From a virus, in IMG/VR virus record IMGVR_UViG_3300044644_000945, positions 1 to 64,000 of that record: DNA of 64,000 nt, one strand, 5' to 3'. A program made the position numbers and the translations under genes. Positions 1-11,072 of the stretch are shown here, piece after piece. Numbering within the stretch: the stretch's first letter is position 1; the number at the start of each line of letters is the position of its first letter. The notes under the pieces are model-generated. The model saw only the letters and a program-made list of their open reading frames with translations. It made no database searches and was not told the DNA's origin.

Positions 1-1
1 T

Positions 2-2275
2 ATAAATGATTTAGTAGCAGATGTTTTTAGTGGATATACTTATAAAACTAGCAAACTTGGAATAAAAGATACTGAAATTCCAAAAGTAGCAAACATAAGA
101 TATATAGAAGGATTAACTAGTAAAAATGTATCTGAGGTTGTTGAAGATCTTAAAGTAAAAATTACTGAAATAGAAAATGATATTAAAACACCTTCTCCTA
201 GATTATTAAAAAAAGAATATAGAAGTACTAAAGTTTATATACCTTCTTTAGATGATAATTATACTATTTCTGGATCATATTATAATAATTACATTGGTGT
301 TACTTTTAGTTCATCTAAATACTCCATGTCTACTGCAAATGAAAATGCATTTTGGAAAGTAATGCCTGTTGTAATTAATACTATTGGTGAAATGTTTGCT
401 GATAAAAATTATGATGCTATATCTTTTACACCTATGGTGAATGCAGAAGATAAGAATAAAGATATGAGATTAAAAGGTTATAATCTTTTTGCTAAAAGAC
501 TTTTTGGTGATTCTTCAATAGTTGCTAAAAATGAAAACTTATCAGTAATTCCTATTCCTGAATTGTTTAAAAATAGAATTAAAGAAAACAAAAACTTTTA
601 TCAAAGAGAAAGAACAACTTCTGCAGTTGATGCATCTAAGAAATTTTTAGAAGCATTAAACTTTGATATAATGTTTAATGCAGAACAGTTTTTAAAAACA
701 CAAGCTGCTGGTAAGATTAAAAATTCTAACAGTCTTACATCAGCTGTAGATGTTATGCAAAAGTTTGTTGCTATTGCAAGTAATAAAGAAACAATAGAAC
801 TTCCTAAACAAGCTGCATATGTTATATATGAAATGCTAGGAAGAAAAAACAAGCTAAGTAAAGACTTATGGTTTAATATAGAACAATGGTCAGGATTTCA
901 AGCTATACATGATAAGTATAAATATGAAAACTTAGATGACAGTGTGCAAGATTATATGGATCTTACACCAGAAGAGATGGGTAAAGCTAATAATGAATTA
1001 GAAAGAGGTATCAATCCTTTTGCTAAGAAAATGGCAATTGTAGAATTTATACATCAAACATTAATAACATTTAATGATTTAGGAGTAACCCCTGGTACAA
1101 AAAGATTATCTGAAGATGTTACAAAAGAATACTTTGAGAAAAGAGGATTTAGAAATGTATATGAAAGAAACATATTAATCAGATTGATGAATCAAATATT
1201 AAACTGGCTCAATGAGAAAGTATTTAATAATGAAAGATTTGAAAAATATGACATGGATAAACTAAATGATCTTGTATTAGATATAGTTGATGATATATAC
1301 AAAGAAGACTATGTAAAGTTTACAAGAGGATTTAAAAAAGTAGGTGATAAGATTATTACACCTGCAGGTGAAGAGTTAGTACTAAAAGATTATGAAGAGT
1401 CTGTTAACTCAGATCCTGTAGCAATGTCTATTATGAATAATATATTAAACAATATATACTTCAATAAAGACAGAAGCATTGGTCCTAAGCTATCTGGTTC
1501 TGCAGCAACAAGAAAGTATGGTAAAACATATAGACCTGTAGATGAAGCATTTCATGATTTTGATATTGTAATACCAATGTCAATGCATGAAACAGAAGCC
1601 ACATACCAAGAAATATTAAGAATTGTTAATGCTAATGTTGATGCTTTAACTCCTGAACTTGTTAGAAAACAACTTTTACCACTTATACAACAACAGACAT
1701 GGTACAAAAACTTTAAAGCTTTGTATCCTACTTTTAAAATAACAAATGCATTTGTTGGTAGAGATCATAAAAAAGGTGAGTCAATTACAGTAGCAGGTGT
1801 TATAGATGGTAAGTTTAAAAATGGACAACATATTAAAGATACAGGATTTGTAGTAGACTTTTTTGTAAGAACAAAAGAATCAGAAGGTAATGTAGAAGAG
1901 TTTGATAACTACTGGAAAACTTGGAAAGGTATATATGAAGCTAAGTTAAAAATGGGAAGGTTAAAAGACCTTGTAGATTTTATATACTTTGATCCATTTA
2001 TCAAAGATGTGTTTAAGTTTACAAATAAAGGTTATAGATATTTTAGTTTTGCTGAACCAGCTGCTGAAGTTATGGAAGCAGAACAAGTAGACAGCTTAGA
2101 ATTAGACGTTAACAATTTGAATTTAACTCCAGAAGTTGTAAATTACTTATATAAGCAAAGTTCGCTTAGACTCAGCCAAGAAAACTTTGGTATACAAGCT
2201 AAAGAAATAATTAGTATATTGCAAGGTTCCAATCTTACAAATCAAGAGATTTTAGAAAAAATAAAATGTTTATAA
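2..2275 (+). CDS. C-terminal part of a giant virion-associated/polyvalent protein with a Pol-beta-superfamily nucleotidyltransferase domain (5' truncated by window)
   Basis: Frame is open from base 2 through the track ATG at 326. Motifs LSGS-x16-HDFDIV and KMGRLKDLVD. Lies in the virion block. Confidence 0.65.
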   Translation: MNDLVADVFSGYTYKTSKLGIKDTEIPKVANIRYIEGLTSKNVSEVVEDLKVKITEIENDIKTPSPRLLKKEYRSTKVYIPSLDDNYTISGSYYNNYIGVTFSSSKYSMSTANENAFWKVMPVVINTIGEMFADKNYDAISFTPMVNAEDKNKDMRLKGYNLFAKRLFGDSSIVAKNENLSVIPIPELFKNRIKENKNFYQRERTTSAVDASKKFLEALNFDIMFNAEQFLKTQAAGKIKNSNSLTSAVDVMQKFVAIASNKETIELPKQAAYVIYEMLGRKNKLSKDLWFNIEQWSGFQAIHDKYKYENLDDSVQDYMDLTPEEMGKANNELERGINPFAKKMAIVEFIHQTLITFNDLGVTPGTKRLSEDVTKEYFEKRGFRNVYERNILIRLMNQILNWLNEKVFNNERFEKYDMDKLNDLVLDIVDDIYKEDYVKFTRGFKKVGDKIITPAGEELVLKDYEESVNSDPVAMSIMNNILNNIYFNKDRSIGPKLSGSAATRKYGKTYRPVDEAFHDFDIVIPMSMHETEATYQEILRIVNANVDALTPELVRKQLLPLIQQQTWYKNFKALYPTFKITNAFVGRDHKKGESITVAGVIDGKFKNGQHIKDTGFVVDFFVRTKESEGNVEEFDNYWKTWKGIYEAKLKMGRLKDLVDFIYFDPFIKDVFKFTNKGYRYFSFAEPAAEVMEAEQVDSLELDVNNLNLTPEVVNYLYKQSSLRLSQENFGIQAKEIISILQGSNLTNQEILEKIKCL

Positions 2276-2276
2276 T

Positions 2277-5200
2277 ATGAGTTTATCATGTCCTATAGGT
2301 CCAGAGTTTGATGCATTAGTATCAGATTTAAAAAGTACTGCAGCTGCTAGAGCTGCTGTTGCTTTGAATAATGATGTCATACCTGATACTGCTACAGCAC
2401 AAGCACTTTTAGATGCTACACTTTTAGTAAATGAAGATGATAAAATTCGCAAATCTAATGATGCATTTACTTTAAAGAAGATGCAAGAAGAACAGATTAT
2501 GTTAGAAATTTTAAAATCTAATGTAAAAACTAAAGCACAAACTGCTGCTATTAAAGGACTTATTAATTCTAATAAAGAATTTCAAATTGCTTTAAATAAA
2601 AGTATAAAAGAAGGAATACCTGTAAACAAAAACTCTGTTACAAATCTTATAGGTTCTAACTTTGTTGGTGATGCATCTCAATTTGAAAAAACAAAAAGAT
2701 TTGGAATATTTGTACACAACTTTGCAGATAAAGTTATCAAGATAGCTAATGAAGATAATAGAAGAATTAGTGACATAGTTGGAGATTATAAATTCTTTGA
2801 AGATGAGTTAGCTACATTCTATAAAGAAAACTACTTTCAATTAGAAAATTTATCTGATAAAGAATTGTTTAACATGGTAAGAGATGTAGTTGAAAAAATA
2901 GCTGCATTAAAAGGTACAGAACATATTATTATACCAGAGCTTACTGTAATTGGAAAAGGTAGATCAGAAGATAGTTTTATCATAGGTAGAATTGACTTAC
3001 TTGCAATAGACACAAATGGTAAGTTTAAAGTTTATGATTTTAAAACTAAAAAAGTTAGTAATCTTATAGGTGACAAAGATCCTCTTATTGATGGTGTATT
3101 AGAATTAGACAATGTTACAAGAACATTGATGAGTATGACAAATAAAAACTTTCCTACTCTGACTAAAGCTGAAGACATTGTTGCTAAAAAAGCATCTATT
3201 AATATATTAAAAGCTAGTAATTATAAAAGAACTGTATATGACACATGGTCTTTACAGCTTATGTTATATGAAAACATTCTTAAACAATCTGGATTACAAA
3301 AAGGAGGAGACTCTTCTATTGTTGCTTTATTCTATGAGATGGATAAAACTAACACTAGAATGTTAGGAAGAGCTGTACACATGTTTGATACTGAAGATTA
3401 CTATGGTTATGTAGCAGGATTTCTTTCTATGGATAATGACAAGTTAGGTACACTACGTAATAAAGTTACTAAACTTAGAAATGCTGTTGAGTTTGAAATA
3501 CCTACTGGTGAAGAAATACAAGAGGAAGAAGAAAAGAAAGATGTAAAAATACTTGAGTTTTTACCTACTGCAGAACAGGATGAAAAAGTAATTCAAACAA
3601 TAAAAAACATGTTTGAATCACAAATACGTGATGTTCAGGTTAAACTACAGGATGCTAGAGATAAGAAAAAGAATCCAGCACTTATACGCGTGTTTGAAGA
3701 ACAAAAGAAAACACTAGAAGGGTTTTATGAAAACTATAATAAACCACATTCTATATCTGACAATCGTGTGATGCACAATTTTGCAGTAGTACATGAGATT
3801 ACCAGCAATGAAATAACTAAGTCTTTGACAGAAGCAACAGATGCTATTCTAAAATTTAGAAAATCTATATCTAATACACGTGAGTTTTTAAAACATTCTG
3901 AGGTAGTATCTCAAGTGTTTAAGAGAACAAAATCAATGTCTGAAGTTGTTACTTTATTAGATCAGGTAGTTAGAGATGCTATGCAAAATCCTGATAACAA
4001 ATTGGACCAAAATAGTGAGATTGTAAAAAAGATGAATGCTATAAAAACAAACATAGAAATTATAAACTCTATGTTTGCTGAAATAAGTTTAGAATCTACT
4101 GTTAAAATACTATCTTCATTAGGAGAAAAAAGTATGTCAAGAGTGCAAGAACTTTCTAAGGAACCTCTTGATATAGAAATCATGATGCTTGAAAGAAAGA
4201 TTCAAGATTTAAAAGATGGTAAAACTGCAGGATTTTTAAATAAGTTAAAACATGCAACATTAAGTATGTTAAGTAAAACATACAAAGATGGTTTCCAACA
4301 AAATCTTACACAACCTCAAAAAGATTTGATGACTCAAATTGAAGATTTAGAGTTTAAAATACTTACTCTTAGAGGAAGACAAAGTTTTAACTATGATGCA
4401 GACTCATTAAAAAAATATATAAATGCTGTTACAGATCCTACATCAGGATTATATATAGGAGCACAGGATATTATGAATCCAGATGGTGTTATGAGTGGTA
4501 TGATGTTAGATAATTTTATTGCATCTGCAGGTAACTCTGACATGATGATATCTGCATTTACAATGTTCTTAAAAAATGTAAAAAGCATTGCTGTAGAAAA
4601 TGTACAAGAAGATTTTGCTATCATGCAATTTGATAAAGTAAAAGGTGATCTGTTAAAAAAATACAGTTTACAACAGCTTAATGAAATGATGCATGAAGAT
4701 AGAACTACAAAAATCTTCAACTATGAAACAATGGAGGAGGAAGAAAAAACTGCAAGATATTTTGTAAAACCTACTTCTAATGAGTATGATAGAATCTATA
4801 AAGATTTCTCAAACCAGTATGCTAAAATTCAAAAAGAAATTAAGAGCTTAAAAGCTGCATTCTCTAGTAAAGAACCTGGTACACAGGAGTTTACAGATCT
4901 TGAAAAAGAATACTATGATAAGATAAATGAAAGAAATGTATTTACAGAAGCTAACATACAATGGCTTGTAGATAATACAAGTTTACCATACAAGGCAAAG
5001 TTTTATGAGTTCCAAAAGATGTTACCATTTGAAATCAGAAATGAACTTCAAAAGAAATATCATGAGATTGAAATTATAAAAGCAAGTCTTGATGTATCAT
5101 CAGAAGAGTTTTTAAGTGATGAAGATTTAGACAGATTAGAACAAATTGAGTATGAACTAAGACAGCTCAAACAGGAGGCTAAATTGCAAAATCCTAATTA

Positions 5201-8200
5201 TGAGAAGTATATAGATATGTTTAACCAGTTATATAAGTTTGTAGAAGACACAAACAAATATGAGTTAGCATATCAAAATGCAAAGATTAAATATGAGGTT
5301 GATGATCCAGAAAAATGGCAGAAATGGTTAGACAGAAATACTGTTATAAAACCTACTGATCAATGGTACAAAGATCTTAGTGATATATATGATGAAAGAA
5401 ATGCTATACTAAGTAAATACTATGGTGAAAATTTTGTATTACAAGGTTTATTTGAAGAAAGAAAAAACTTGTTAGCTCCACACAAAGTACTAGGTGAGCT
5501 TAAGATTAAAAACTTAGATGAAAATACTATTTTAAGACTAGATCAAATAGAAGTTGAAATCAATCGTGTTATTGAGTCAAGTGGTAAAACTAAAGTAAAA
5601 ATGGAAGCTGAAGATGCTGAAATGTTATCTGAGCTAAATATAATGTTAGATAGAATGTCTACCATGTCATTAGTAAAAGATTATGATCTGCAGTTTAAAA
5701 GTAAAACTAGAAACTTAGAAAACAAGTATGCTAATTATATTAATGCATCTGTTGCATATCAGTTAGAAAGAGATTCTGCAACACCAGAAAGATTAGCTGA
5801 GTTAGAATCTGACTATTTAAAATATGAAAATCAGTTTTTTACATATGAGGCAGAGTTTAAAACTTGGTATGAAAGTTTTCACAATATAACTTATAAGTCT
5901 ATTAGAGAAGATGAAAGTTATTTTAAAGATAACAGGATACCTAAAGATTTTAATTATCAAAGAACTGTATCTGATGAAATGAAGTCTGTATACATGGAAG
6001 AAAAACCAGGTGGTAGATATAGAATTAAAACTCTAAGAACAGATGAGTATTATGATACTAGAACAGGTGAACAACTTACAGATGAACAAATAGAAAACTT
6101 TACTGATGCAGAACTAAATGAATTAGTTGCAACAGGTGAACTTGAGTTTATTGAAGGTGCATACAACAAAGACTTTTTAAAGTCTGCAGATGGTATTCCT
6201 ATGCCTAAAAACATACAAAAAATAGATGGTGTATACACTGTTATACCAGGTATGGAAAACATGATGGTAACAGATCCATTAACAGGTCAATCATTTCCTG
6301 CAGTAAATCCTAAATACATGCAGTTGATGAATAATCCTGAAGTATTTAATTTTTACAATCAACTTATGGACATGTACTTTAAACTACAAAATAAAGTTGA
6401 TGGTAGAAGAACAGGGTACTTAGTACCAGGTATGGCAGCATCTACAATAGAAAACTTTTCTACATTAGGTATAAGTGATAGTATTAAAAAACAAATGGAT
6501 ACCTACATAGATAAAGAACTTAGAGTTAAAGGTAGTCAACAAGACTATATTGACAACAGTTATGGAGCTTTAGGTGATGTAATAAAACTGTCTGGAGCTA
6601 ATCAGTTACCTTTAACATTACAAACTACTGATAGTATAGGTGCATTAATGCAATATGCAGGTGAAGCACATTATAAAGCAGCAATGCAAGAAGCAGCACC
6701 AGTTGCTAATATGACAATAGAATATCTTGAGATGTTATCTGGAAATATTCAAAATAAAATAGATGCAAAAGATTTTACATATATAGATCCTATTACAAAT
6801 AAAAAATCTACAGTAGACTGGAACAAAAGACTTAAAGAGATCAATAAAGTTATTGAGATTTTAAAATATGAAAAAAGAAAATTTGTAAATGGGCAAGCTA
6901 ACAATCCTGAAGAAAAAAACAGACAGCTTACAAAAATTGTTAAACAAGTAATGTCATATACAAGTTTTGTAAGGATGGGATTTGATGTTGTAAACCAGAC
7001 TAAAAACTACATTTCTGGTAATGTACAATCATTTCTTGCAGCAGGAGGACTTGATGATAGTTCACACTACTCTAAGCAAAACTGGATGTGGGCACAAAAA
7101 CAATTTTATGGAACTTTTATACCTAATTACTTTTCTGACTGGGGTAAAGTAAATGATGTGAGTGAGTCTACAATGCTATATAGAAAATTTAATCCTTTAC
7201 AAAAAGAATTTAATAAATATACAAAAGAAACAGCTGGAAGTACAGAAAGAAGAGCTATAGGTAAATTTATGAATCCTTCAGAACTTGCATACATGATACA
7301 AGAAAAAGGTGATGGAGCTATAGGTATAGTTGTAATGTATTCCATTTTAGATAGTTATAAATATAAAGTATTTACAACAGATGCTGCAGGTAACAAAGTA
7401 TATACTAAAAATCCAGATGGTACTGATAAAACAGTAAGTGCACATGAGGTGTATTATCAAGATGCTAATAAGTTATTACAGATAAGAAAAGATGTAGAGT
7501 TTACTAAAGAAGATGAAAAGTTTCTTAGAAATATTATTTATTCTGAAATGCGTAGAACACAAGGTAACTATGCATCATGGGACCAAACTAAATTTGAAGA
7601 AAACATCATTGGTAAATTAGTATTCTACTACAGAAAATATATCATACCACAGTTTTTAAACAGATTTGGATATCTAAGACCTAACTGGGAAGGTTCTGAA
7701 GTAACAATAGGTTATTGGAGAGCTTTGGCAAAAGTATACAAAGCATATGGATTTGTAGAAACTACAAAATACTTTTTTAACTTTGGTAAACAAGGTACAA
7801 AAGCTATTAGTACAGCAGCTATAGGTAAGTTATATACTAGAAGTATATCACATGCAAGAAGAGATTTTGTAGCAATGGCTATATTAACCATGGTTTCAAT
7901 GGCTGCTTTACAATATGTTAAACGTAAAGATGATGATGATGAAGAATTAGGATTCTTAGAAGGTAATGCTATAAGATTGTTATGGGGTGTAAAAGGTGAA
8001 ACTACTGCAATGTTTCCTTTAGGAGGAGGCTCTTCTGAATATATTAGAAACTTTACAAGTTTAACTACATATACGCGAGAACTTAATGCAGCTAAAAAAT
8101 TATCAACTCATGCATTAAGTACACTTGCAGCATTAAGCATGAATGGTGGTGAAGAACCAGATCCAGAATATGATAGTGAACTTTACAATGCAATATGGAA

Positions 8201-8348
8201 AGAAGCATACTATAATAGAAAATCAGGTGCATATGAAAAAGGAGATATGAAACTTACAAAAGATTTTGTAGACCTTACAGGATGGAAAAACTTTAGAGAT
8301 ATGTTAGATCCTAATTATAGAATTGACATACTGAAGCGTAACCAATAA
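2277..8348 (+). CDS. Giant (2023 aa) probable ejected virion/cargo protein with N-terminal PD-(D/E)xK nuclease-like domain
   Basis: GRIDLL...YDFKTK...QLMLY motif; long helical body with hydrophobic C-terminal segment; size and position match crAss-like cargo proteins. Confidence 0.65.
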   Translation: MSLSCPIGPEFDALVSDLKSTAAARAAVALNNDVIPDTATAQALLDATLLVNEDDKIRKSNDAFTLKKMQEEQIMLEILKSNVKTKAQTAAIKGLINSNKEFQIALNKSIKEGIPVNKNSVTNLIGSNFVGDASQFEKTKRFGIFVHNFADKVIKIANEDNRRISDIVGDYKFFEDELATFYKENYFQLENLSDKELFNMVRDVVEKIAALKGTEHIIIPELTVIGKGRSEDSFIIGRIDLLAIDTNGKFKVYDFKTKKVSNLIGDKDPLIDGVLELDNVTRTLMSMTNKNFPTLTKAEDIVAKKASINILKASNYKRTVYDTWSLQLMLYENILKQSGLQKGGDSSIVALFYEMDKTNTRMLGRAVHMFDTEDYYGYVAGFLSMDNDKLGTLRNKVTKLRNAVEFEIPTGEEIQEEEEKKDVKILEFLPTAEQDEKVIQTIKNMFESQIRDVQVKLQDARDKKKNPALIRVFEEQKKTLEGFYENYNKPHSISDNRVMHNFAVVHEITSNEITKSLTEATDAILKFRKSISNTREFLKHSEVVSQVFKRTKSMSEVVTLLDQVVRDAMQNPDNKLDQNSEIVKKMNAIKTNIEIINSMFAEISLESTVKILSSLGEKSMSRVQELSKEPLDIEIMMLERKIQDLKDGKTAGFLNKLKHATLSMLSKTYKDGFQQNLTQPQKDLMTQIEDLEFKILTLRGRQSFNYDADSLKKYINAVTDPTSGLYIGAQDIMNPDGVMSGMMLDNFIASAGNSDMMISAFTMFLKNVKSIAVENVQEDFAIMQFDKVKGDLLKKYSLQQLNEMMHEDRTTKIFNYETMEEEEKTARYFVKPTSNEYDRIYKDFSNQYAKIQKEIKSLKAAFSSKEPGTQEFTDLEKEYYDKINERNVFTEANIQWLVDNTSLPYKAKFYEFQKMLPFEIRNELQKKYHEIEIIKASLDVSSEEFLSDEDLDRLEQIEYELRQLKQEAKLQNPNYEKYIDMFNQLYKFVEDTNKYELAYQNAKIKYEVDDPEKWQKWLDRNTVIKPTDQWYKDLSDIYDERNAILSKYYGENFVLQGLFEERKNLLAPHKVLGELKIKNLDENTILRLDQIEVEINRVIESSGKTKVKMEAEDAEMLSELNIMLDRMSTMSLVKDYDLQFKSKTRNLENKYANYINASVAYQLERDSATPERLAELESDYLKYENQFFTYEAEFKTWYESFHNITYKSIREDESYFKDNRIPKDFNYQRTVSDEMKSVYMEEKPGGRYRIKTLRTDEYYDTRTGEQLTDEQIENFTDAELNELVATGELEFIEGAYNKDFLKSADGIPMPKNIQKIDGVYTVIPGMENMMVTDPLTGQSFPAVNPKYMQLMNNPEVFNFYNQLMDMYFKLQNKVDGRRTGYLVPGMAASTIENFSTLGISDSIKKQMDTYIDKELRVKGSQQDYIDNSYGALGDVIKLSGANQLPLTLQTTDSIGALMQYAGEAHYKAAMQEAAPVANMTIEYLEMLSGNIQNKIDAKDFTYIDPITNKKSTVDWNKRLKEINKVIEILKYEKRKFVNGQANNPEEKNRQLTKIVKQVMSYTSFVRMGFDVVNQTKNYISGNVQSFLAAGGLDDSSHYSKQNWMWAQKQFYGTFIPNYFSDWGKVNDVSESTMLYRKFNPLQKEFNKYTKETAGSTERRAIGKFMNPSELAYMIQEKGDGAIGIVVMYSILDSYKYKVFTTDAAGNKVYTKNPDGTDKTVSAHEVYYQDANKLLQIRKDVEFTKEDEKFLRNIIYSEMRRTQGNYASWDQTKFEENIIGKLVFYYRKYIIPQFLNRFGYLRPNWEGSEVTIGYWRALAKVYKAYGFVETTKYFFNFGKQGTKAISTAAIGKLYTRSISHARRDFVAMAILTMVSMAALQYVKRKDDDDEELGFLEGNAIRLLWGVKGETTAMFPLGGGSSEYIRNFTSLTTYTRELNAAKKLSTHALSTLAALSMNGGEEPDPEYDSELYNAIWKEAYYNRKSGAYEKGDMKLTKDFVDLTGWKNFRDMLDPNYRIDILKRNQ

Positions 8349-8353
8349 TTTTG

Positions 8354-8368
8354 TATATTATAATGTAA
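8354..8368 (+). promoter_or_regulatory. Putative late promoter TATATTATAATGTAA
   Basis: 14/15 identical to 16299-16313; both precede late (+) operons. Confidence 0.45.
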
Positions 8369-8381
8369 TATCCTCTGTATC

Positions 8382-10766
8382 ATGTCAAAAATAATTGTAC
8401 CATTACATTTTGCAAAATTAAACTCTACGCCTGCAAATGTAGAAACAGGATTTAAAAAATTCTATCTGCGAGGTGAATGGTTTAAGTTATATAATGGTAT
8501 AACAGAAATTGATGTTGTACTGGACAGACCTTTAGATAACTATATACCAATTCCTGGTATTATTACAGCTAGTGATACTGTACTTACAGCAATTGAAAAA
8601 TTAGATTATGCTATAGGCAATATTAATCCAAATGTTCTTTGGGGTAGTATTACAGGTAACATCTTAGCACAAACAGATCTTATAGCATATATAGCAGCAC
8701 TTCCTGCAAGTCCACTTTCAGCATTACCATTTACAACAGATCATTTAGCTGCAACAAACAATCAATATGTAATAGGAGATCTTGTTTGGTATCTTGGAAA
8801 TGTATATAGATGCATTGCTAGTAATGATTCTATCATACCTACTAGCACATTATATTGGACTAGTTTAGGAGCAGGATATCCATTAGTTCAACAACCAGCA
8901 GATTGGAATTCAACAAGTGGTAATAATCAGATACTTAATAAACCTACAATACCAACTACTCCAAATTTACAACAAGTAACTACTGTAGGAGCAATAACTT
9001 CAGATGCAATAACAGTTGCAGGTATATATTCAGGAAACTTATATTCAGATGGATTTAGTTTTGGTATTAGTGATGGTTATGATGCTAATTATAATTTATT
9101 ATATACACCTTATAGTGGTTTACAAATAACTGATACAATAAATTCTGTTAGTATTTATCAAGATGCAAGTATAGGATTTCAAACTGCTGCAGGTTATGGA
9201 AATTTAAGATCAGATTTAGTAACAGGTTCTCAGGGTTGGCAATTACCTAATGCTTCTGGCACTTTAGCTTTATTTTCTGATATACCAACAGTTGGTACAT
9301 GGGGTGCATTAAACTATCCTACATGGACTGCAGGTACACCATTTGTAAAAATGACAGGTGTTGGAACATTTGCTTTAGACACAAATACATATTTAACTAC
9401 AACTGCTGCGGCTCTTACATACTTTCCTATACCTACAGGTACAATATCACAATATATTAGAGGAGATGGTTCATTAGCTACTTTCCCAAGTACAGCTATT
9501 CCAACGCTTCAACAAGTAGTTACTGCTGGAAACATTATAACAACTCCTTTTACTCACACAAGTACAGGTTTTGAAAATACATTTAATGCTTCTAGTATAA
9601 ACATAATAGATAAAAATATTCCTGGATTAAACTCTGGTATATTCTATCAAGTTAATGGACTATATCGTACTTATGCTGGTTTAACACAAAGCCTTGTTTT
9701 TGCTCCATTTGATGGACTTGCTCCTCCAAATAGAACTATAACAATACCAAATGCTACAGGCACAATGGCTTTGCTTTCTGATATTCCAAGTGGAGGAGTT
9801 ACTTCAGTAGGATTAACTATGCCATCTGCTTTTACTGTAACAAATAGTCCAATTACTTCAAGTGGTGATATAGCTGTAACAGGCGCAGGTACAGTTAATC
9901 AATATGTTAGAGGTGATGGTACACTTGCTAATTTCCCTAATTCAACAGGGGGTGGTTCATCAGTTAATTATTATCTTAATGGTAGTGTATCTCAAGGTAC
10001 ATTTGGTGGTGATACTTATTATCAATTAAGTAAAACACCAATACTTGGAGCAGGTACTAACTTTACAAGAACAAATGGTGCAGGTAATGGATATATCGCA
10101 TCGTTCATAACTGATGCAGGTGATCCTAGTCAATTAAATATACCTGGTGGAAATTGGAATGTAGAGTTTTATTTTAATGCAAGCAGTGGTGGTGGTTCAC
10201 CTAGTTTTTATGCTGAGCTTTATAAAGTGAGTGCAGCAAATGTTTTTACGCTTATTGCAAGTGACTCTCTTAATCCTGAAGGTATTACAAATGGTACAAC
10301 TGTTGATCAATACTTCACTTCAATTCCTGTTCCTCAAACTACATTACTTGTTACTGATAGATTGGCTGTTAGAATATTTGTAAATACAGGGGGTAGAACT
10401 ATTACACTACATACTGAAAATGGTAATTTATCAGAAGTATTAACTACATTTACAACAGGATTAACTGCATTAAATGGATTAACCCAACAAGTGCAATTTT
10501 TTAATGTTGGAACAGGAGCTACAAATTTTAATATATCATCAAGTGGTGATACACATACATTTAATCTATTATTTAATATAAGAAGGAATGCAAATAATTC
10601 TTCTAATAATAATATAAATTATTGTGGATATGCTCCAGATGGTTCAGCAGAATCATCAGCAGTATGGACTATAACAAGATTAACAATATCTGCAAGTGGA
10701 GCAATAACCATTGCAACTGCTACAAACGTAGCTTGGACAAATAGAGAATCAGCAACATATATTTAA
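8382..10766 (+). CDS. Tail fibre / receptor-binding protein
   Basis: G/T/S/N-rich 794 aa; CBM5/12-like segment YVIGDLVWYLGNVYRC; internal repeats. Confidence 0.7.
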   Translation: MSKIIVPLHFAKLNSTPANVETGFKKFYLRGEWFKLYNGITEIDVVLDRPLDNYIPIPGIITASDTVLTAIEKLDYAIGNINPNVLWGSITGNILAQTDLIAYIAALPASPLSALPFTTDHLAATNNQYVIGDLVWYLGNVYRCIASNDSIIPTSTLYWTSLGAGYPLVQQPADWNSTSGNNQILNKPTIPTTPNLQQVTTVGAITSDAITVAGIYSGNLYSDGFSFGISDGYDANYNLLYTPYSGLQITDTINSVSIYQDASIGFQTAAGYGNLRSDLVTGSQGWQLPNASGTLALFSDIPTVGTWGALNYPTWTAGTPFVKMTGVGTFALDTNTYLTTTAAALTYFPIPTGTISQYIRGDGSLATFPSTAIPTLQQVVTAGNIITTPFTHTSTGFENTFNASSINIIDKNIPGLNSGIFYQVNGLYRTYAGLTQSLVFAPFDGLAPPNRTITIPNATGTMALLSDIPSGGVTSVGLTMPSAFTVTNSPITSSGDIAVTGAGTVNQYVRGDGTLANFPNSTGGGSSVNYYLNGSVSQGTFGGDTYYQLSKTPILGAGTNFTRTNGAGNGYIASFITDAGDPSQLNIPGGNWNVEFYFNASSGGGSPSFYAELYKVSAANVFTLIASDSLNPEGITNGTTVDQYFTSIPVPQTTLLVTDRLAVRIFVNTGGRTITLHTENGNLSEVLTTFTTGLTALNGLTQQVQFFNVGTGATNFNISSSGDTHTFNLLFNIRRNANNSSNNNINYCGYAPDGSAESSAVWTITRLTISASGAITIATATNVAWTNRESATYI

Positions 10767-10778
10767 AAAATAGAAATT

Positions 10779-11069
10779 ATGCCAATTACAAGTACAAATC
10801 CAATAGAAGTAGATGGGAATGTTTACCCATATTTTATGGTTAATTTAGCAATATCACCATTAGTTAAACCAACTGATATAGGTGGTAGTGTAGCTATGAG
10901 ATTAACTCCTTATAGAGTGATAGAGGATGGGAGTTCAGTGAGTCTTCCTGACAATTCTATTCCTATAACATATATGGATGTTTTTGATAGTGGAGATTCA
11001 GATGCTATAAATGCAGCAGCAACAATTATGGGTGCATTGCAAACATTTATTAATGATAAAAATCTATAA
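10779..11069 (+). CDS. Small tail-associated protein (possible fibre chaperone)
   Basis: 96-aa ORF between fibre genes with A-rich leader. Confidence 0.45.
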   Translation: MPITSTNPIEVDGNVYPYFMVNLAISPLVKPTDIGGSVAMRLTPYRVIEDGSSVSLPDNSIPITYMDVFDSGDSDAINAAATIMGALQTFINDKNL

Positions 11070-11072
11070 TAG

